Part shown: piece after piece, positions 28,163 to 38,789 of the stretch
How the letters are laid out: each line of letters starts with the position of its first letter
Numbering within the stretch: position 1 is the first letter of the stretch
Source: Candidatus Poribacteria bacterium
GTDB lineage: Bacteria > Poribacteria > WGA-4E > GCA-2687025
NCBI GenBank assembly: GCA_963665845.2
Contig: OY762492.1
Coordinates: 896,001-960,000 of the forward strand
DNA: 64,000 nt
Reading direction: 5' to 3'
Notes under the pieces: generated by a model
What the model saw: only the letters and a program-made list of their open reading frames with translations
Databases searched by the model: none
Told to the model about the DNA's origin: nothing
Program-made: the position numbers and the translations under genes

Positions 28163-30829
28163 ATGGCGCGTAAAAAGCGCATCACCATGATGGAGCAGTA
28201 CCGCCAGATACGGGCGGAAAATCCGGACGCCATTCTCTTTTTCAGAATGGGCGATTTTTATGAGACCTTCTATGAGGATGCGGCGGTCGTTTCCGAAGTA
28301 TTGGACATCGCTCTCACCGCGCGCGGCGAACGAGACGCGCACGGGAGAAAAATACCGCTCGCCGGCTTCCCGCACCACGCCCTGGACGACTGCCTCCATA
28401 AGATGATCAAGGCGGGGCATAAAGTCGCCGTCTGCGAACAGATCGAAGACCCGAAAAAAGCGAAAGGCATTGTGAAGCGCGCCGTTGTGCGCGTCGTCAC
28501 GCCCGGCACGGTGACCGACCCGCATTCCCTTCAGCAGAAAGCGAACAACTTCATCGCCTCGCTTTATCTTTATGAAAAGCAGTGGGGAGCCGCCGCCGCC
28601 GACCTGTCGACCGGCGAATTTTATGTACTAGAAACCGACTCTGACGAGACGATTGCGACGGAGCTGGCGCGCATCAGCCCCGCCGAGATGACGCTGCCTG
28701 AAAACTTTCAGCTGCCCAGAGCCTATCAAGACCTAGACCTGGACGCGCGCCCGGAAATGGAGGAGCGCCCTGCCTGGGAGTTCGACCCCGAAACGGCGCG
28801 GCATACGCTCATGCGCCATTTTCAGACGCGCTCGCTGGACGGGTTCGGATGCGCGCAGATGCCCGCCGCTGTCGGAGCCGCCGGCGCGCTCCTCTCCTAC
28901 CTGTCCGAAACGCAAAAGGAAAACATCAAGCATATCACAGGGCTGTATGTCCACTCGACCGACGCCTTCATGACGCTCGACAGCGCCACGATACGCAACC
29001 TAGAGCTGATACGCTCCATGCGGACAGGCGACATCCACGGAACGCTGCTGCATGTCCTGGACATGACCTTGACGCCGATGGGCGGGCGGAAATTGCGCCG
29101 CGCCGTTCTAGAGCCGCTGCTGAACATCGGCGAGATACAGGCGCGTCTGGACGCGGTCGCCGAGCTAAAAGAGAACCCGCTTGACCTGGACGATCTGCGA
29201 ACGGCGCTGAAGGGGGTTCATGACGTCGAACGGCTCATCGGGCGGGTCGGTTTGGGTTCCGCCAACGCGCGCGATCTGCGGGCGATGTCCGCGTCGCTCC
29301 GCGTCCTGCCGGACATCAAGGCAAACATCCTGGTCGAACGCGAGTCGAGCCTGCTCATCACGCTCCGCGACTCGACCGACGCATGCGAAGACATCGCGGA
29401 CCTGATCAACCGCGCGATACATGAATCGCCGCCCGCCGGGCTGCGCGACGGCGGCATCATCCGAGACGGCTACGACGAGGAGCTGGATGAGCTGCGAAAC
29501 ATCATGACGAACGCGAAGGACGCCATCGCCGAACTGCAAGAACGGGAACGGGAAGCGACCGGGATACAGTCGCTGAAGGTCGGCTTCAATCAGGTGTTCG
29601 GGTACTATATCGAGGTGACGAAGGCGAACTTGAGCAAGGTTCCCGATCATTATCTTCGCAAGCAGACGTTGGCGAACGCAGAGCGGTATCTCACCGAGGA
29701 GCTGAAGGCGTTTGAAGAGAAGGCGCTGAACGCCGAGGAGCGTTCGGTTGAGCTGGAGTATGATCTGTTTGTGGAGCTGCGGGAGAAGACGCGGCATGAA
29801 ACGGCGCGCATTCAGTCCGCCGCCGCCGCGCTGGGAAACCTGGATTTTTTGTCGACGCTCGCTTTTGCCGCCTCGCGGCACAATTACGCGAAGCCTGAAA
29901 TCCATGACGGCGCTGACATACGCATCCGCGACGGGCGCCATCCTGTCGTTGAACAGCTGGCGCTGGATGAAGGGTTTGTCCCAAACGACACCCTTTTAAA
30001 TTGCGAGGGGGATCAGTTTCATATCGTCACGGGACCGAACATGTCCGGCAAATCGACTTATCTGCGTCAGGTAGCTCTCATCGCGCTCATGGCGCAGATG
30101 GGCAGTTTTGTTCCGGCTTCGGAGGCGTCCATCGGCGTTCTGGATCGAGTTTTCACGCGGGTCGGCGCGTCCGACAATCTCGCCGGCGGGCAAAGCACCT
30201 TTTTAGTTGAGATGAACGAGACGGCGAACATTCTGCATAACGCCACCTCCAAAAGCCTGCTGATACTGGATGAGGTCGGGCGCGGCACCAGCACCTTTGA
30301 CGGGCTAAGCATCGCATGGGCGGTATCGGAGCATATCGTTCAGTCGATAGGGGCGAAGACGCTTTTTGCGACGCATTACCATGAACTGGTGGAGCTGGCG
30401 TCCCACAACCCTGGCGTGCGGAATTACAACGCGGCGGCGTCGGAGGATGGGGAAACAATCACCTTTTTAAGAAAGATCGCCGAGGGGGCGGCGGATGAAT
30501 CGTACGGGATACAGGTGGCGCGTCTTGCGGGGCTTCCGGGCGGGGTTGTGAGCCGCGCGATGGATATTTTAGAGATCCTGGAGCGGCAGGAGCTGTCGGT
30601 GGACGGGCGGCGGCGCCCGCGTCCCCGCCGAGCGCCGAAAAAGAAAAGCGGTCCGCCGGGCGGTCCGCTTCAGATGTCGCTGTTTGTGCCGCCGTCTTCG
30701 GGCGAGCCAGACCCCGCTTTGAAAGCGCTGCGGGAAGCGGTTTTGGCGCTGGAGGTGGACAAGATGACGCCGATAGAGGCGCTGAACGCGCTGCATCAGC
30801 TCCGCAAGCAAGCGGAACCTGACGAGTAA
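28163..30829 (+). CDS. mutS: DNA mismatch repair protein MutS
   Basis: FFRMGDFYE, VTPGT, TGPNMSGKSTYLRQ, STFLVEM, DEVGRGTST, FATHYHEL. Confidence 0.98.
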   Translation: MARKKRITMMEQYRQIRAENPDAILFFRMGDFYETFYEDAAVVSEVLDIALTARGERDAHGRKIPLAGFPHHALDDCLHKMIKAGHKVAVCEQIEDPKKAKGIVKRAVVRVVTPGTVTDPHSLQQKANNFIASLYLYEKQWGAAAADLSTGEFYVLETDSDETIATELARISPAEMTLPENFQLPRAYQDLDLDARPEMEERPAWEFDPETARHTLMRHFQTRSLDGFGCAQMPAAVGAAGALLSYLSETQKENIKHITGLYVHSTDAFMTLDSATIRNLELIRSMRTGDIHGTLLHVLDMTLTPMGGRKLRRAVLEPLLNIGEIQARLDAVAELKENPLDLDDLRTALKGVHDVERLIGRVGLGSANARDLRAMSASLRVLPDIKANILVERESSLLITLRDSTDACEDIADLINRAIHESPPAGLRDGGIIRDGYDEELDELRNIMTNAKDAIAELQEREREATGIQSLKVGFNQVFGYYIEVTKANLSKVPDHYLRKQTLANAERYLTEELKAFEEKALNAEERSVELEYDLFVELREKTRHETARIQSAAAALGNLDFLSTLAFAASRHNYAKPEIHDGADIRIRDGRHPVVEQLALDEGFVPNDTLLNCEGDQFHIVTGPNMSGKSTYLRQVALIALMAQMGSFVPASEASIGVLDRVFTRVGASDNLAGGQSTFLVEMNETANILHNATSKSLLILDEVGRGTSTFDGLSIAWAVSEHIVQSIGAKTLFATHYHELVELASHNPGVRNYNAAASEDGETITFLRKIAEGAADESYGIQVARLAGLPGGVVSRAMDILEILERQELSVDGRRRPRPRRAPKKKSGPPGGPLQMSLFVPPSSGEPDPALKALREAVLALEVDKMTPIEALNALHQLRKQAEPDE

Positions 30830-30856
30830 AACAGGCGCGCCGCCGCGCTGCCGGCT

Positions 30857-30920
30857 GTCATTCCCGCGCGCCCTTTCCGTCCCGCGAAAACCCCCCCTGC
30901 CCCCTTTTCAAGGGGGATTC
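30857..30920. repeat. Partial REP plus poly-C/poly-G hairpin between convergent mutS and mraY
   Basis: GTCATTCCCGCGC; CCCCCCCTGCCCCCTTTTCAAGGGGG. Confidence 0.6.
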
Positions 30921-30980
30921 CAGAAAATTCGCGCCCCAATAGCGCGCCCCCGTGAAAACGGGGATCCTTGCAGCGCAGGT

Positions 30981-32063
30981 CTAACGTATCTTCAGCGAAC
31001 TGACCGCAATCAGCGCTAGAATGATCCCGACGATCCAGAACTGAACCGTTACCTTCGGCTCCGGCGCTCCGCCCTTTTCAAAATGGTGATGCAGCGGCGC
31101 CATGCGGAAAAGCCGTTTGCCGCCGGTCCGCTTGAAATGCCACACCTGCAGGATGACCGACAGCGCGTTCGCCACAAAGATGCCGCCCAGTATCGGCAGC
31201 AGCAGCTCCTGCTTGATACAGAGCGCGACCGCGCCGACCGCCCCGCCGAGCGCCATGGAGCCTGTGTCGCCCATGAACACCTTTGCGGGGTAGGCGTTCC
31301 ACCAGAGAAAGCCGAGGCATGCCCCCGTCAGCGCCATCGCATAGACGACCAGCTCGCCCGCCTGCTCAATGTGGGCGATGTCCAGATACTGCGCCGCGAC
31401 CGCATGCCCCGCCACATAGGAGAGCGCCGCAAACACCGCCGTCACCGGAAGGACGCATCCGATCGCCAGCCCGTCCTGTCCGTCGGTCAAGTTGACCGAG
31501 TTTGCGGACGCGGTCATCACAAACGCGGCGAAGACGGCGTACAGCCAGACCGGCAGCTCCGGCTGAAACTGCTTGAAAAACGGCGGAGCCAGAGCCGTTC
31601 CAGGTCCGTTGTAGGCGAGATAAAGCCCGATCGCCAGCCCGCCGACCGCCTGCAGAGCGATCTTCTGCTTGCCTCTCAAGCCGAGGGACTGGTTCTTGCG
31701 TATCTTCGACATGTCGTCCAGAAGTCCGATGCCCCCGAACCAGAGCGCCGACAGCAGACAAACCCAGACCAGCGGATTCGTCAGCTGCGCGAACAGAAGC
31801 GTCGCCGTAAGCCATGAGATCAAGATCAGCAGCCCACCCATCGTCGGCGTGCCTTCTTTGGAGAGATGCTCCTGCAGCCCCTCCTCGCGCACTTTTTGCC
31901 CGATATTCATCTGGCGCAGCTTGCGGATCATCCATGGCCCCGCCGCGACGCACACGATGAACGCGGCGGCGGCGGCGTAAATCGACCGAAAGGTGATGTA
32001 CTGAAAAAGGCGGAAGGGTGAAAAATAGTCACGCAGCAGCTCAAAAAAGAGATGGTATAGCAT
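30981..32063 (-). CDS. mraY: Phospho-N-acetylmuramoyl-pentapeptide transferase
   Basis: GTPTMGG, NSVNLTDGQDGLA, VFMGDTGS, MAPLHHHFE. Confidence 0.97.
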   Translation of the reverse strand: MLYHLFFELLRDYFSPFRLFQYITFRSIYAAAAAFIVCVAAGPWMIRKLRQMNIGQKVREEGLQEHLSKEGTPTMGGLLILISWLTATLLFAQLTNPLVWVCLLSALWFGGIGLLDDMSKIRKNQSLGLRGKQKIALQAVGGLAIGLYLAYNGPGTALAPPFFKQFQPELPVWLYAVFAAFVMTASANSVNLTDGQDGLAIGCVLPVTAVFAALSYVAGHAVAAQYLDIAHIEQAGELVVYAMALTGACLGFLWWNAYPAKVFMGDTGSMALGGAVGAVALCIKQELLLPILGGIFVANALSVILQVWHFKRTGGKRLFRMAPLHHHFEKGGAPEPKVTVQFWIVGIILALIAVSSLKIR

Positions 32064-32072
32064 AAAATCCGC

Positions 32073-33455
32073 CTAGCCGTCTCCAAACGCTTCCAGTACC
32101 TTTTCCAGCTGAATCGACCGCGAGGCTTTCAGCAGGGCGCAGTCGGTCGGCTGAAGGCGCCGGCGCAGCTCCAGCGCCGCTTCTTCGACCGTCGCGCATG
32201 GCGCCGTTTCAAGGACGCCCGACGACGCCGCCGCTTCCGACATCGCATGCCGAAAACGCCCGACAGGGATGAATCCCCATAGCCATGACGGGTTCAGCCC
32301 GCCTGCGATCTCTTCATGGAGGCGCCTCGCCCGCTCCCCTAGCTCCAGCATTTCGCCGAGAACGACCCAGCGCCGACCCTCGCACGGCAGCGCCTGAAAC
32401 GACGCCAACGCGGCGCGCGTGGAGGCGGGGTTCGCGTTGTAGCAGTCGACGATGAAGCGGACGCCGTCCGCCGAGACGGGCTGCATGCGCATCGGCGGCG
32501 GTTCCGCTTGAGCCAAGCGTTGGATCATCGTCTCCGCGGAGACGCCGAGAAGGCTGCCGACCGCGAACGCCGCCAGCGCGTTCATCGCCTGATGCGCTCC
32601 CGGCGCCGGGACGAAGGCGCGCCCCGCCCGCTTGCCTTCCAGGCGCAGGTCGAAATGGACGCCGTCCGCGCGCGGCTCGATCTTTTCCGCCCGCGCGTCC
32701 GCCTCCATGCGCGTCCCGAAGGTCTTAACCCGCGCGCAGCGTTCCGCCAGAGAAGCGACGCGCCGATCGTCCGCGTTTAGAACCGCCCATTCGGTTGAAA
32801 GCGGCAGCGCGCTTTTCTCCTCTAAAATGCGCTCTTCGTTGATCAGATACTCCGAATGGGACAGGCTCACGTTTAAAAGCGCTCCGATTGTCGGGCGGGC
32901 GATGTCAACCAGCTCGGCGATCTCTCCAAAGCGGTTCGTTCCCATCTCAAGAACGGCGTATTGATGAGTTGATTCCAGCCGAAGGAGCGTGTGCGGGACT
33001 CCGACGCGGTTGTTGAAGCTTTTGAACGGCTTGAGCGCGTCCTTCCCTAAAACAGCCGCCATCCACTCTTTTGCGCTGGTTTTGCCGTTGCTGCCGGTGA
33101 TGCCGACGACCGGCAAATCGACGCGGCTGCGTACATGCTTTGCAAGCGCGATGTACGCCTCTCCCGTATCCTTCGCGGCGACAGCGAACGCGAATCGGTC
33201 GATGCCGTTGGCGTCTGTCCGTTCCTCGGAGACGAGCGCGCCGACCGCGCCGCGGTCCGCCGCCCCGTTCAGATACGCATGCCCGTCCGCCGTTTCGCCT
33301 TTTAAAGCGACAAACATCTCCCCTGGCTCCGCCGTGCGCGAATCGGTGGAGACGCCGACCGACGCCGCGCCCGCCGAGTCATGCAGAATGCGTCCACCGA
33401 CCGCTTTCTGGACGTCTTGCGCCGAAAACGATGCGAGCAGACGGCGGCGGTTCAT
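32073..33455 (-). CDS. murF: UDP-MurNAc-tripeptide:D-Ala-D-Ala ligase
   Basis: GITGSNGKTS, SFNNRVGVP, LEMG, DCYNANP, LGEMLELG, KASR. Confidence 0.95.
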   Translation of the reverse strand: MNRRRLLASFSAQDVQKAVGGRILHDSAGAASVGVSTDSRTAEPGEMFVALKGETADGHAYLNGAADRGAVGALVSEERTDANGIDRFAFAVAAKDTGEAYIALAKHVRSRVDLPVVGITGSNGKTSAKEWMAAVLGKDALKPFKSFNNRVGVPHTLLRLESTHQYAVLEMGTNRFGEIAELVDIARPTIGALLNVSLSHSEYLINEERILEEKSALPLSTEWAVLNADDRRVASLAERCARVKTFGTRMEADARAEKIEPRADGVHFDLRLEGKRAGRAFVPAPGAHQAMNALAAFAVGSLLGVSAETMIQRLAQAEPPPMRMQPVSADGVRFIVDCYNANPASTRAALASFQALPCEGRRWVVLGEMLELGERARRLHEEIAGGLNPSWLWGFIPVGRFRHAMSEAAASSGVLETAPCATVEEAALELRRRLQPTDCALLKASRSIQLEKVLEAFGDG

Positions 33456-34931
33456 TTAAACGCCGTACCCTGCAGCCCGCAGACAAGCGCGCGCCGCTTC
33501 TCTGTCGTCAAACGAAGCGCGAACGCCGTTCGTCTCCTGATAGGTCTCATGCCCTTTTCCTGCGATGAGCGCGACGCTTCCAGGTTTCGCCGCGTCAACG
33601 GCGATGCGTATCGCCGCCATCCGATCCGTTTCGGAGACGCGGTCGGCGCCTTCAGGCATGCCTTTTTCGATCTGCTCAATGATCTCGTCGGGCTTTTCGG
33701 AGCGCGGGTTGTCGCTGGTGATGACGCTCAGGTCGGCGAGCCGTCCGGCGATTTCGCCCATCTTGGGGCGTTTGCCGGGGTCGCGGTCGCCTCCGCATCC
33801 GAAGACGACGATGACGCCGCTCGGCTTCAACGCGCGCGCCGCCAGCAGAAGCCGCTCCAGCGCGTCCGGCGTGTGCGCGTAATCGACAATGACGCGAAAC
33901 GGCTGCCCCTCGTCTATCGACTGAAAACGCCCCGGTATGGCGTCCACCGACTCCATGCCGCTGATTAGATACTTCGCCGAAAAGCCTAACCCATGTCCCG
34001 CCGCGGCGGCGGCAAGGGCGTTCAGCGCGTTGTATTCGCCGAGGAGCTGAAGACGGACGCCGCCGGCGTTTTTGCCGTCTATCGTCAGATCGAACGCGGT
34101 GAACGAGGCGTTCGATTCCAGATTGCCGGCGCGGACATCCGCCTCGCCGCCGAACCCGAAACGAACAAGGCGCGCCGCTTCGACTTCAGCCGCCGTTTCA
34201 AGATACAGCCCCGCCGACGGGTCGTCGATATTCACAGCCGCCGCGCCGCCCGGTTTCAGTTGACGAAACAGCTGCCGTTTCGATTGCCCGTACGCCTCCA
34301 TCGTGCCGTGATAGTCGAGATGGTCTTGGGTTAAATTGGTGAAAATCGCCGCGTCAAAACGGGTTGAAAAGAGCCGCCCTTGGTCTAGCGCGTGGGAAGA
34401 AACCTCCATCGCCGCCGCCTTGCCGCCGTTGTCGACCGCCTCGCGCAGGAGAGCGTTCGTCTCGATCGGATCGGGCGTCGTGGAGCGCGCCTCAACCGTC
34501 CGTCCGCCCGCTTCATGTCCTGTGGTGCCGATGCGGGCGCATGGCATGCCCGCCGCTTCAAAAACATTTTTGAGAAAATAGGTTGTGGAGGTTTTGCCGT
34601 TCGTCCCGGTGACGCCCGCCAGCGTCAACTGACGCGCTGGGTATCCGTACATAGCGTCTGCCAGATGCGCCAGTGCCTTGCGCGTATCGGGAGCCTGTAT
34701 CCACGCGGCGGTCTCAACGGTCGGCTCCGTCTCCGCCGCGACGACCGACGCGCCGCGGCGAACCGCCTGCTCAATGTAACGATGTCCGTCGGTATGAACG
34801 CCGCGCACCGCCACGAACAGAGACCCCGGCTGCGCCTCTCGGCTGTCTAAGACGATGGAGCCGACGCGCGCTGCGCCGTCCCCAAAAAGACGGGCGCCTG
34901 CCGCCGCTCGAACCAGCTCCGTCGCTTTCAT
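33456..34931 (-). CDS. murE: UDP-MurNAc-dipeptide:DAP ligase
   Basis: GVTGTNGKTS, MEVSSH, DHLDYH, VDYAHTPD, GCGGDRD, DNPR (DAP-type), AGKGHE. Confidence 0.97.
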   Translation of the reverse strand: MKATELVRAAAGARLFGDGAARVGSIVLDSREAQPGSLFVAVRGVHTDGHRYIEQAVRRGASVVAAETEPTVETAAWIQAPDTRKALAHLADAMYGYPARQLTLAGVTGTNGKTSTTYFLKNVFEAAGMPCARIGTTGHEAGGRTVEARSTTPDPIETNALLREAVDNGGKAAAMEVSSHALDQGRLFSTRFDAAIFTNLTQDHLDYHGTMEAYGQSKRQLFRQLKPGGAAAVNIDDPSAGLYLETAAEVEAARLVRFGFGGEADVRAGNLESNASFTAFDLTIDGKNAGGVRLQLLGEYNALNALAAAAAGHGLGFSAKYLISGMESVDAIPGRFQSIDEGQPFRVIVDYAHTPDALERLLLAARALKPSGVIVVFGCGGDRDPGKRPKMGEIAGRLADLSVITSDNPRSEKPDEIIEQIEKGMPEGADRVSETDRMAAIRIAVDAAKPGSVALIAGKGHETYQETNGVRASFDDREAARACLRAAGYGV

Positions 34932-36766
34932 TCGTCCGCCTGCGCCTCATTGATAAACGGGTTCAACCGCTCGTACGACGCGATGCGTTTGTTTCGCATG
35001 ATCGCCTCGACAACCGCCTTGAAGGCCGGGCCGGCGACCGCGCCGCCGTAATACGCCCCGCCTCTCGGCTCATCAATCAGAATGATCATGGAGTACTCAG
35101 GGGCGTACGCCGGGAAAAAGCCGGCAAAACTGCTGATGTAGGACCCGCGCTTGTAGCCGCCTCCGTTTGGGCTTGCCTTCTGCGAGGTGCCTGTCTTGCC
35201 GCCAATCGAGACGCCTTCCACCTGAACAGCCCGCCCCGTTCCTTCCTCAACGACGCCGACAAGCAGGTCGGCGACGATGCGCGCCGTCCGCGCGCTGATC
35301 GGGCGCCCGATCTCCTTCGGCTTGATCTTCTCCACCGTCTCGCCGTTTTGATTTCGCGTCTCCAGAACGACCCGCGGCTGCATGATAACGCCCTTGTTCG
35401 CAATCGCGTTGAACGCCGTCAGCAGCTGTATCGGCGTCATCGAAATGCCCTGACCCCAAGGCGCAAAGTTGATCGCAAACCCGGCGCGGTTGTAAAGGTC
35501 AAGTATGGAACCGGAGCGCTCATGGGGTAGATCGATGTTCGTTTTTTGGTGAACCAAGAATCGCTTGATCTGCTCCCGGTACTCTTCCTGCGTCATGCGG
35601 CGCGCCAGCTTCGTAACGCCGATGTTGCTCGACTTGTAGATCACCTCCGCGACGGTCAGGTCGCCGTACGGATGCGAATCGCGGATCTGCTTTGGTATGC
35701 GCGGCGGCTTGAAGGCGCCGTTCTCGCAATAAATAATCTCGTTCAGATCGGTCGCCTTGCCCGACTCGATGAGCGCGGCAATCGTGAGCGCCTTGAAAAC
35801 GGAACCCGGCTCATACGGACTCCAGATCGCCTGGTTGCGTTTCGATTCTTTTTTCAGATCGGGATCGTTATACAGGTTCGGGTCGTAGGTCGGGTAATTC
35901 GCCATCGCCAGCACATCGCCGTTGCGCGGGTCCATGACAATGCCGACGGCTCCGACAGCGTTATGCTCAACAACCTGCGCCTCTAGAGCGTTCTCCAGCG
36001 CAAACTGAATCTCCTGGTCAATGGTGAGAACGACCCCCTCGGCGCGTTTCGGGACGCCGCCTTTGACAACCTCCAGGTCAGTAATCCGCCCGCGCGCGTC
36101 TTTCACCCCTGTGCGTTCGACCGTGCGCGCGCGTATTTTCTTGTCGTAGGTCAATTCGACGCCGTCGATTCCTTTTCCGTCAATGTTGGTGAACCCGACG
36201 ACATGGGAAGCGAGCGTTCCGCGCGGATACGCCCGGCTGCTTTCCACCTTCTCTTTCAAAGCCCCTTTTGGGAACCAGCGGAAGTTGTTCTCATGCAGCT
36301 CCCGCTCCAGCGCCTCAAACTCCGGCGGATCGATCCAGCGAATCGCATATTCAAAACCGCGCTCGCTCTCAATCTTTTTGAGCATGTCGTCCGGACTGGC
36401 GTTCTGCGGGTGATGCGCCGCAAGAATTTCCGCCATCTTTTTCTTTCGCCGGTTTAAAAACTCCGCGGAGTAGCGTTTTGCCAGATCCTTGTAATACCGC
36501 GTATCGACCGAGATGGAGTATTTGTTCTTGCTGACGGCGAGTTCGCGCCCTTTTCGGTCCCATATTCCGCCGCGCTGAATGTTCTCTTCAAAGCTGGCGA
36601 CCGTCTGATTGCCAAGCGACTTGAACTCTTCCGTCCGTATCCACTGAATATCGAACAGGCGGTAGATAAGTCCTAAGGCGAGAAGAGCCGCGGCATAGAT
36701 CATCCACTGTATGCGCGCGTTTGGACGAAACGGAAGACGCGGCTGCGCCTTTCTTCTGCGCTTCAT
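34928..36766 (-). CDS. ftsI: Class B penicillin-binding protein (FtsI/PBP3)
   Basis: RGGIWDRKG, RAYPRG, EPGSVFK (SxxK), SSNIG (SxN), GKTGT; position in the dcw cluster. Confidence 0.92.
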   Translation of the reverse strand: MKRRRKAQPRLPFRPNARIQWMIYAAALLALGLIYRLFDIQWIRTEEFKSLGNQTVASFEENIQRGGIWDRKGRELAVSKNKYSISVDTRYYKDLAKRYSAEFLNRRKKKMAEILAAHHPQNASPDDMLKKIESERGFEYAIRWIDPPEFEALERELHENNFRWFPKGALKEKVESSRAYPRGTLASHVVGFTNIDGKGIDGVELTYDKKIRARTVERTGVKDARGRITDLEVVKGGVPKRAEGVVLTIDQEIQFALENALEAQVVEHNAVGAVGIVMDPRNGDVLAMANYPTYDPNLYNDPDLKKESKRNQAIWSPYEPGSVFKALTIAALIESGKATDLNEIIYCENGAFKPPRIPKQIRDSHPYGDLTVAEVIYKSSNIGVTKLARRMTQEEYREQIKRFLVHQKTNIDLPHERSGSILDLYNRAGFAINFAPWGQGISMTPIQLLTAFNAIANKGVIMQPRVVLETRNQNGETVEKIKPKEIGRPISARTARIVADLLVGVVEEGTGRAVQVEGVSIGGKTGTSQKASPNGGGYKRGSYISSFAGFFPAYAPEYSMIILIDEPRGGAYYGGAVAGPAFKAVVEAIMRNKRIASYERLNPFINEAQADE

Positions 36767-37237
36767 CTACTCTTCGATCTCCAGGTTGTTTTGTCGGCTC
36801 AGCTCAAGGAACGTCTCTTGGACGACCGCCGTTTTTCGGGCGCTGAGCGATTCGCCGACCTGCGCCATCATCTGCGGCAACGGGGCGTCTGTCAACACCA
36901 CCACAGGGCGCCTCTCCGCTTTCACAAAACCGAGATCCTGCGCGACCGAGGCGACGTATGCGGGCGCATGCCGGCGCTCCACCTCAATGTGCGCAATGTC
37001 GATGGCGTTGCTGACCGATTCGATACGGTCGTTGATTTCGTTGATCTCAAACGAAATCTGCGTCTGCGAGTTGGCGAGCCATATCTGCACGGCGCAGACA
37101 GCCGCAAGCGCGCCCATCAAAAGGATTGGGGGCCATTTTGCCATCGCGTCTTTCAATTCTGCGCGTTGAGACCGGCGCATTTCAACACGCCTGCTCCGCG
37201 CCTTGCCGCTGTGACACTCCGAATTCATCGTCATCAA
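36767..37237 (-). CDS. ftsL: FtsL-like cell division protein
   Basis: Basic N-terminus, single TM helix, coiled coil, AQDLG; lies between rsmH and ftsI. Confidence 0.65.
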   Translation of the reverse strand: MMTMNSECHSGKARSRRVEMRRSQRAELKDAMAKWPPILLMGALAAVCAVQIWLANSQTQISFEINEINDRIESVSNAIDIAHIEVERRHAPAYVASVAQDLGFVKAERRPVVVLTDAPLPQMMAQVGESLSARKTAVVQETFLELSRQNNLEIEE

Positions 37238-37250
37238 TCATCCTACATTT

Positions 37251-38135
37251 CTAGTATGGCGCGAATCGCAGCGCGCGCAACTTCGCGCTGCGAGACCGCG
37301 GATTCATACGAAGCTCATTGTCAGTCGGAGTCGCCGGCTTCTTGCGCAAAATTTCGTACGCGGGGTTGCGCCGCGCCTCATTCCGAAACCGCCATTTGAC
37401 AAGCCGATCCTCCAGTGAATGAAAGGAAAGGACGCACAGCGTTCCCCCGGCGTTCAACGCCGGGATCGCCGCGTCCAGACCCTCCCGCAGCTTGTCCAGC
37501 TCATGGTTGACAGCGATTCGCAGAGCCTGAAAAACGCGCGTCGCAGGATGAATGCGCCCGCCCGCTCCGCGCGAGCCGACCGCTTTCACAAGCTGCCCCG
37601 TCGTTTCAAATGGTTCCATGCGCCGCTGTTTCGCCACTGTATTCGCAATCTGTTTGGATCGCCGATCGCCTCCGAATTCGCGGAAGATCTGTTCAAGCCG
37701 CTTCTGCGAGTATGTGTTTAAAACGTCAGCCGCCGTTATTGACGTTTCAGGATTCATACGCATATCGAGCGGTTCGCCGCGCTGAAAGGAAAATCCGCGC
37801 CCCGAATCTTCCAGCTGGGCGGATGATACGCCCAGGTCCATGAGTATGCCGTCCGCCTTTGGCAGCTCCATACGGGCAAGGTCGGCAAAATTCGCATGCT
37901 CAAGGACGACGCGCTTCCCGAAACGCGCCAGACGCCGCCCCGCCGCAAACGCCGCCTCTGGGTCCTGGTCAATCCCCAGAAGACGCCCATCGGGCGCGGA
38001 CGCTTCAAGAATCGCCTCCGCATGTCCGCCAAGACCGACCGTCGCGTCAATATAAAAGCCGTTCGACTTCGGCTGAAGACATACCAGCGCCTCTTCCAGC
38101 ATAACCGGCTGGTGATGTCTGTAAGGCATGCGCAT
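37251..38135 (-). CDS. rsmH: 16S rRNA C1402 N4-methyltransferase
   Basis: HQPVML, DATVGLGGH, DLGVSSAQL, FQALRIAVN, SFHSLEDR, NPRSRSAKLR. Confidence 0.97.
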   Translation of the reverse strand: MRMPYRHHQPVMLEEALVCLQPKSNGFYIDATVGLGGHAEAILEASAPDGRLLGIDQDPEAAFAAGRRLARFGKRVVLEHANFADLARMELPKADGILMDLGVSSAQLEDSGRGFSFQRGEPLDMRMNPETSITAADVLNTYSQKRLEQIFREFGGDRRSKQIANTVAKQRRMEPFETTGQLVKAVGSRGAGGRIHPATRVFQALRIAVNHELDKLREGLDAAIPALNAGGTLCVLSFHSLEDRLVKWRFRNEARRNPAYEILRKKPATPTDNELRMNPRSRSAKLRALRFAPY

Positions 38136-38181
38136 TTCCTCAACTCAACGACGCGCTCAAACAAAAGCCTGACTTGGGCGC

Positions 38182-38210
38182 ATTGTACAAAAAGGCGGCG
38201 GGCGTGTCAA
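38182..38210 (-). promoter_or_regulatory. dcw promoter (TTGACA-17-TACAAT)
   Basis: Near-perfect consensus directly upstream of rsmH. Confidence 0.75.
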
Positions 38211-38310
38211 CTCCCAAATGCGCATTTCCGCCCTTTTCTTGACCCAAAACCCGTAAACTGCCATCATTATCAAGCGAAAGATGTTTCAAACGCAGAAAGG
38301 CGAACCTCTG

Positions 38311-38613
38311 ATGGCTCTCTTCAAGGCGGCAAGGCTGCGGGAAATACCGCCGGGAACCCGCCGGCTCGTTGACATACACGGCATCGAAACGCTGCTCTTC
38401 AACATTGACGGAGAACTCTACGCCACCGGCAACTACTGCCCGCACGAAGAGATCGAACTGGACAGAGCCAGCCTGAACGGACGCATACTCACCTGCTGGG
38501 AACATGGCTACGAATTGCGAATCGACACGGGAGAATGCCTGACCGACTGCTCGCTGAAACTGCCCGTCTTCCCGGTTGTCGTCAAGGACGGGCTGGTGTA
38601 TGTGGAGCTGTGA
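38311..38613 (+). CDS. Rieske [2Fe-2S] ferredoxin
   Basis: CPHE and CWEHG ligand motifs; start may be 38281. Confidence 0.88.
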   Translation: MALFKAARLREIPPGTRRLVDIHGIETLLFNIDGELYATGNYCPHEEIELDRASLNGRILTCWEHGYELRIDTGECLTDCSLKLPVFPVVVKDGLVYVEL

Positions 38614-38623
38614 ACGGAGGCGG

Positions 38624-38713
38624 TGGCGGAGAGAGAGGGATTCGAACCCTCGGTGACGTTGCCGCCACACATGATTTCCAGTCATGCCAGTTCAGCCGCT
38701 CCTGCATCTCTCC
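38624..38713 (-). tRNA. tRNA-Ser (GGA)
   Basis: Minus strand GGAGAGATG...ACTGGAAAT..., long variable arm, GGTTCGAATCC...CCGCCA. Confidence 0.95.
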
Positions 38714-38789
38714 GATCTGCGAACCATCATCAGCCTGAATCATACGCCCGATACAGCTCAAGGTCAAATGGAATGCTCAGATATTGAGG

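Noticed and set aside
38624-38713. Long-variable-arm tRNA as tRNA-Sec (selC) supporting the selenoprotein
   Set aside because: The anticodon is GGA (Ser), not TCA, and the acceptor stem is of normal length
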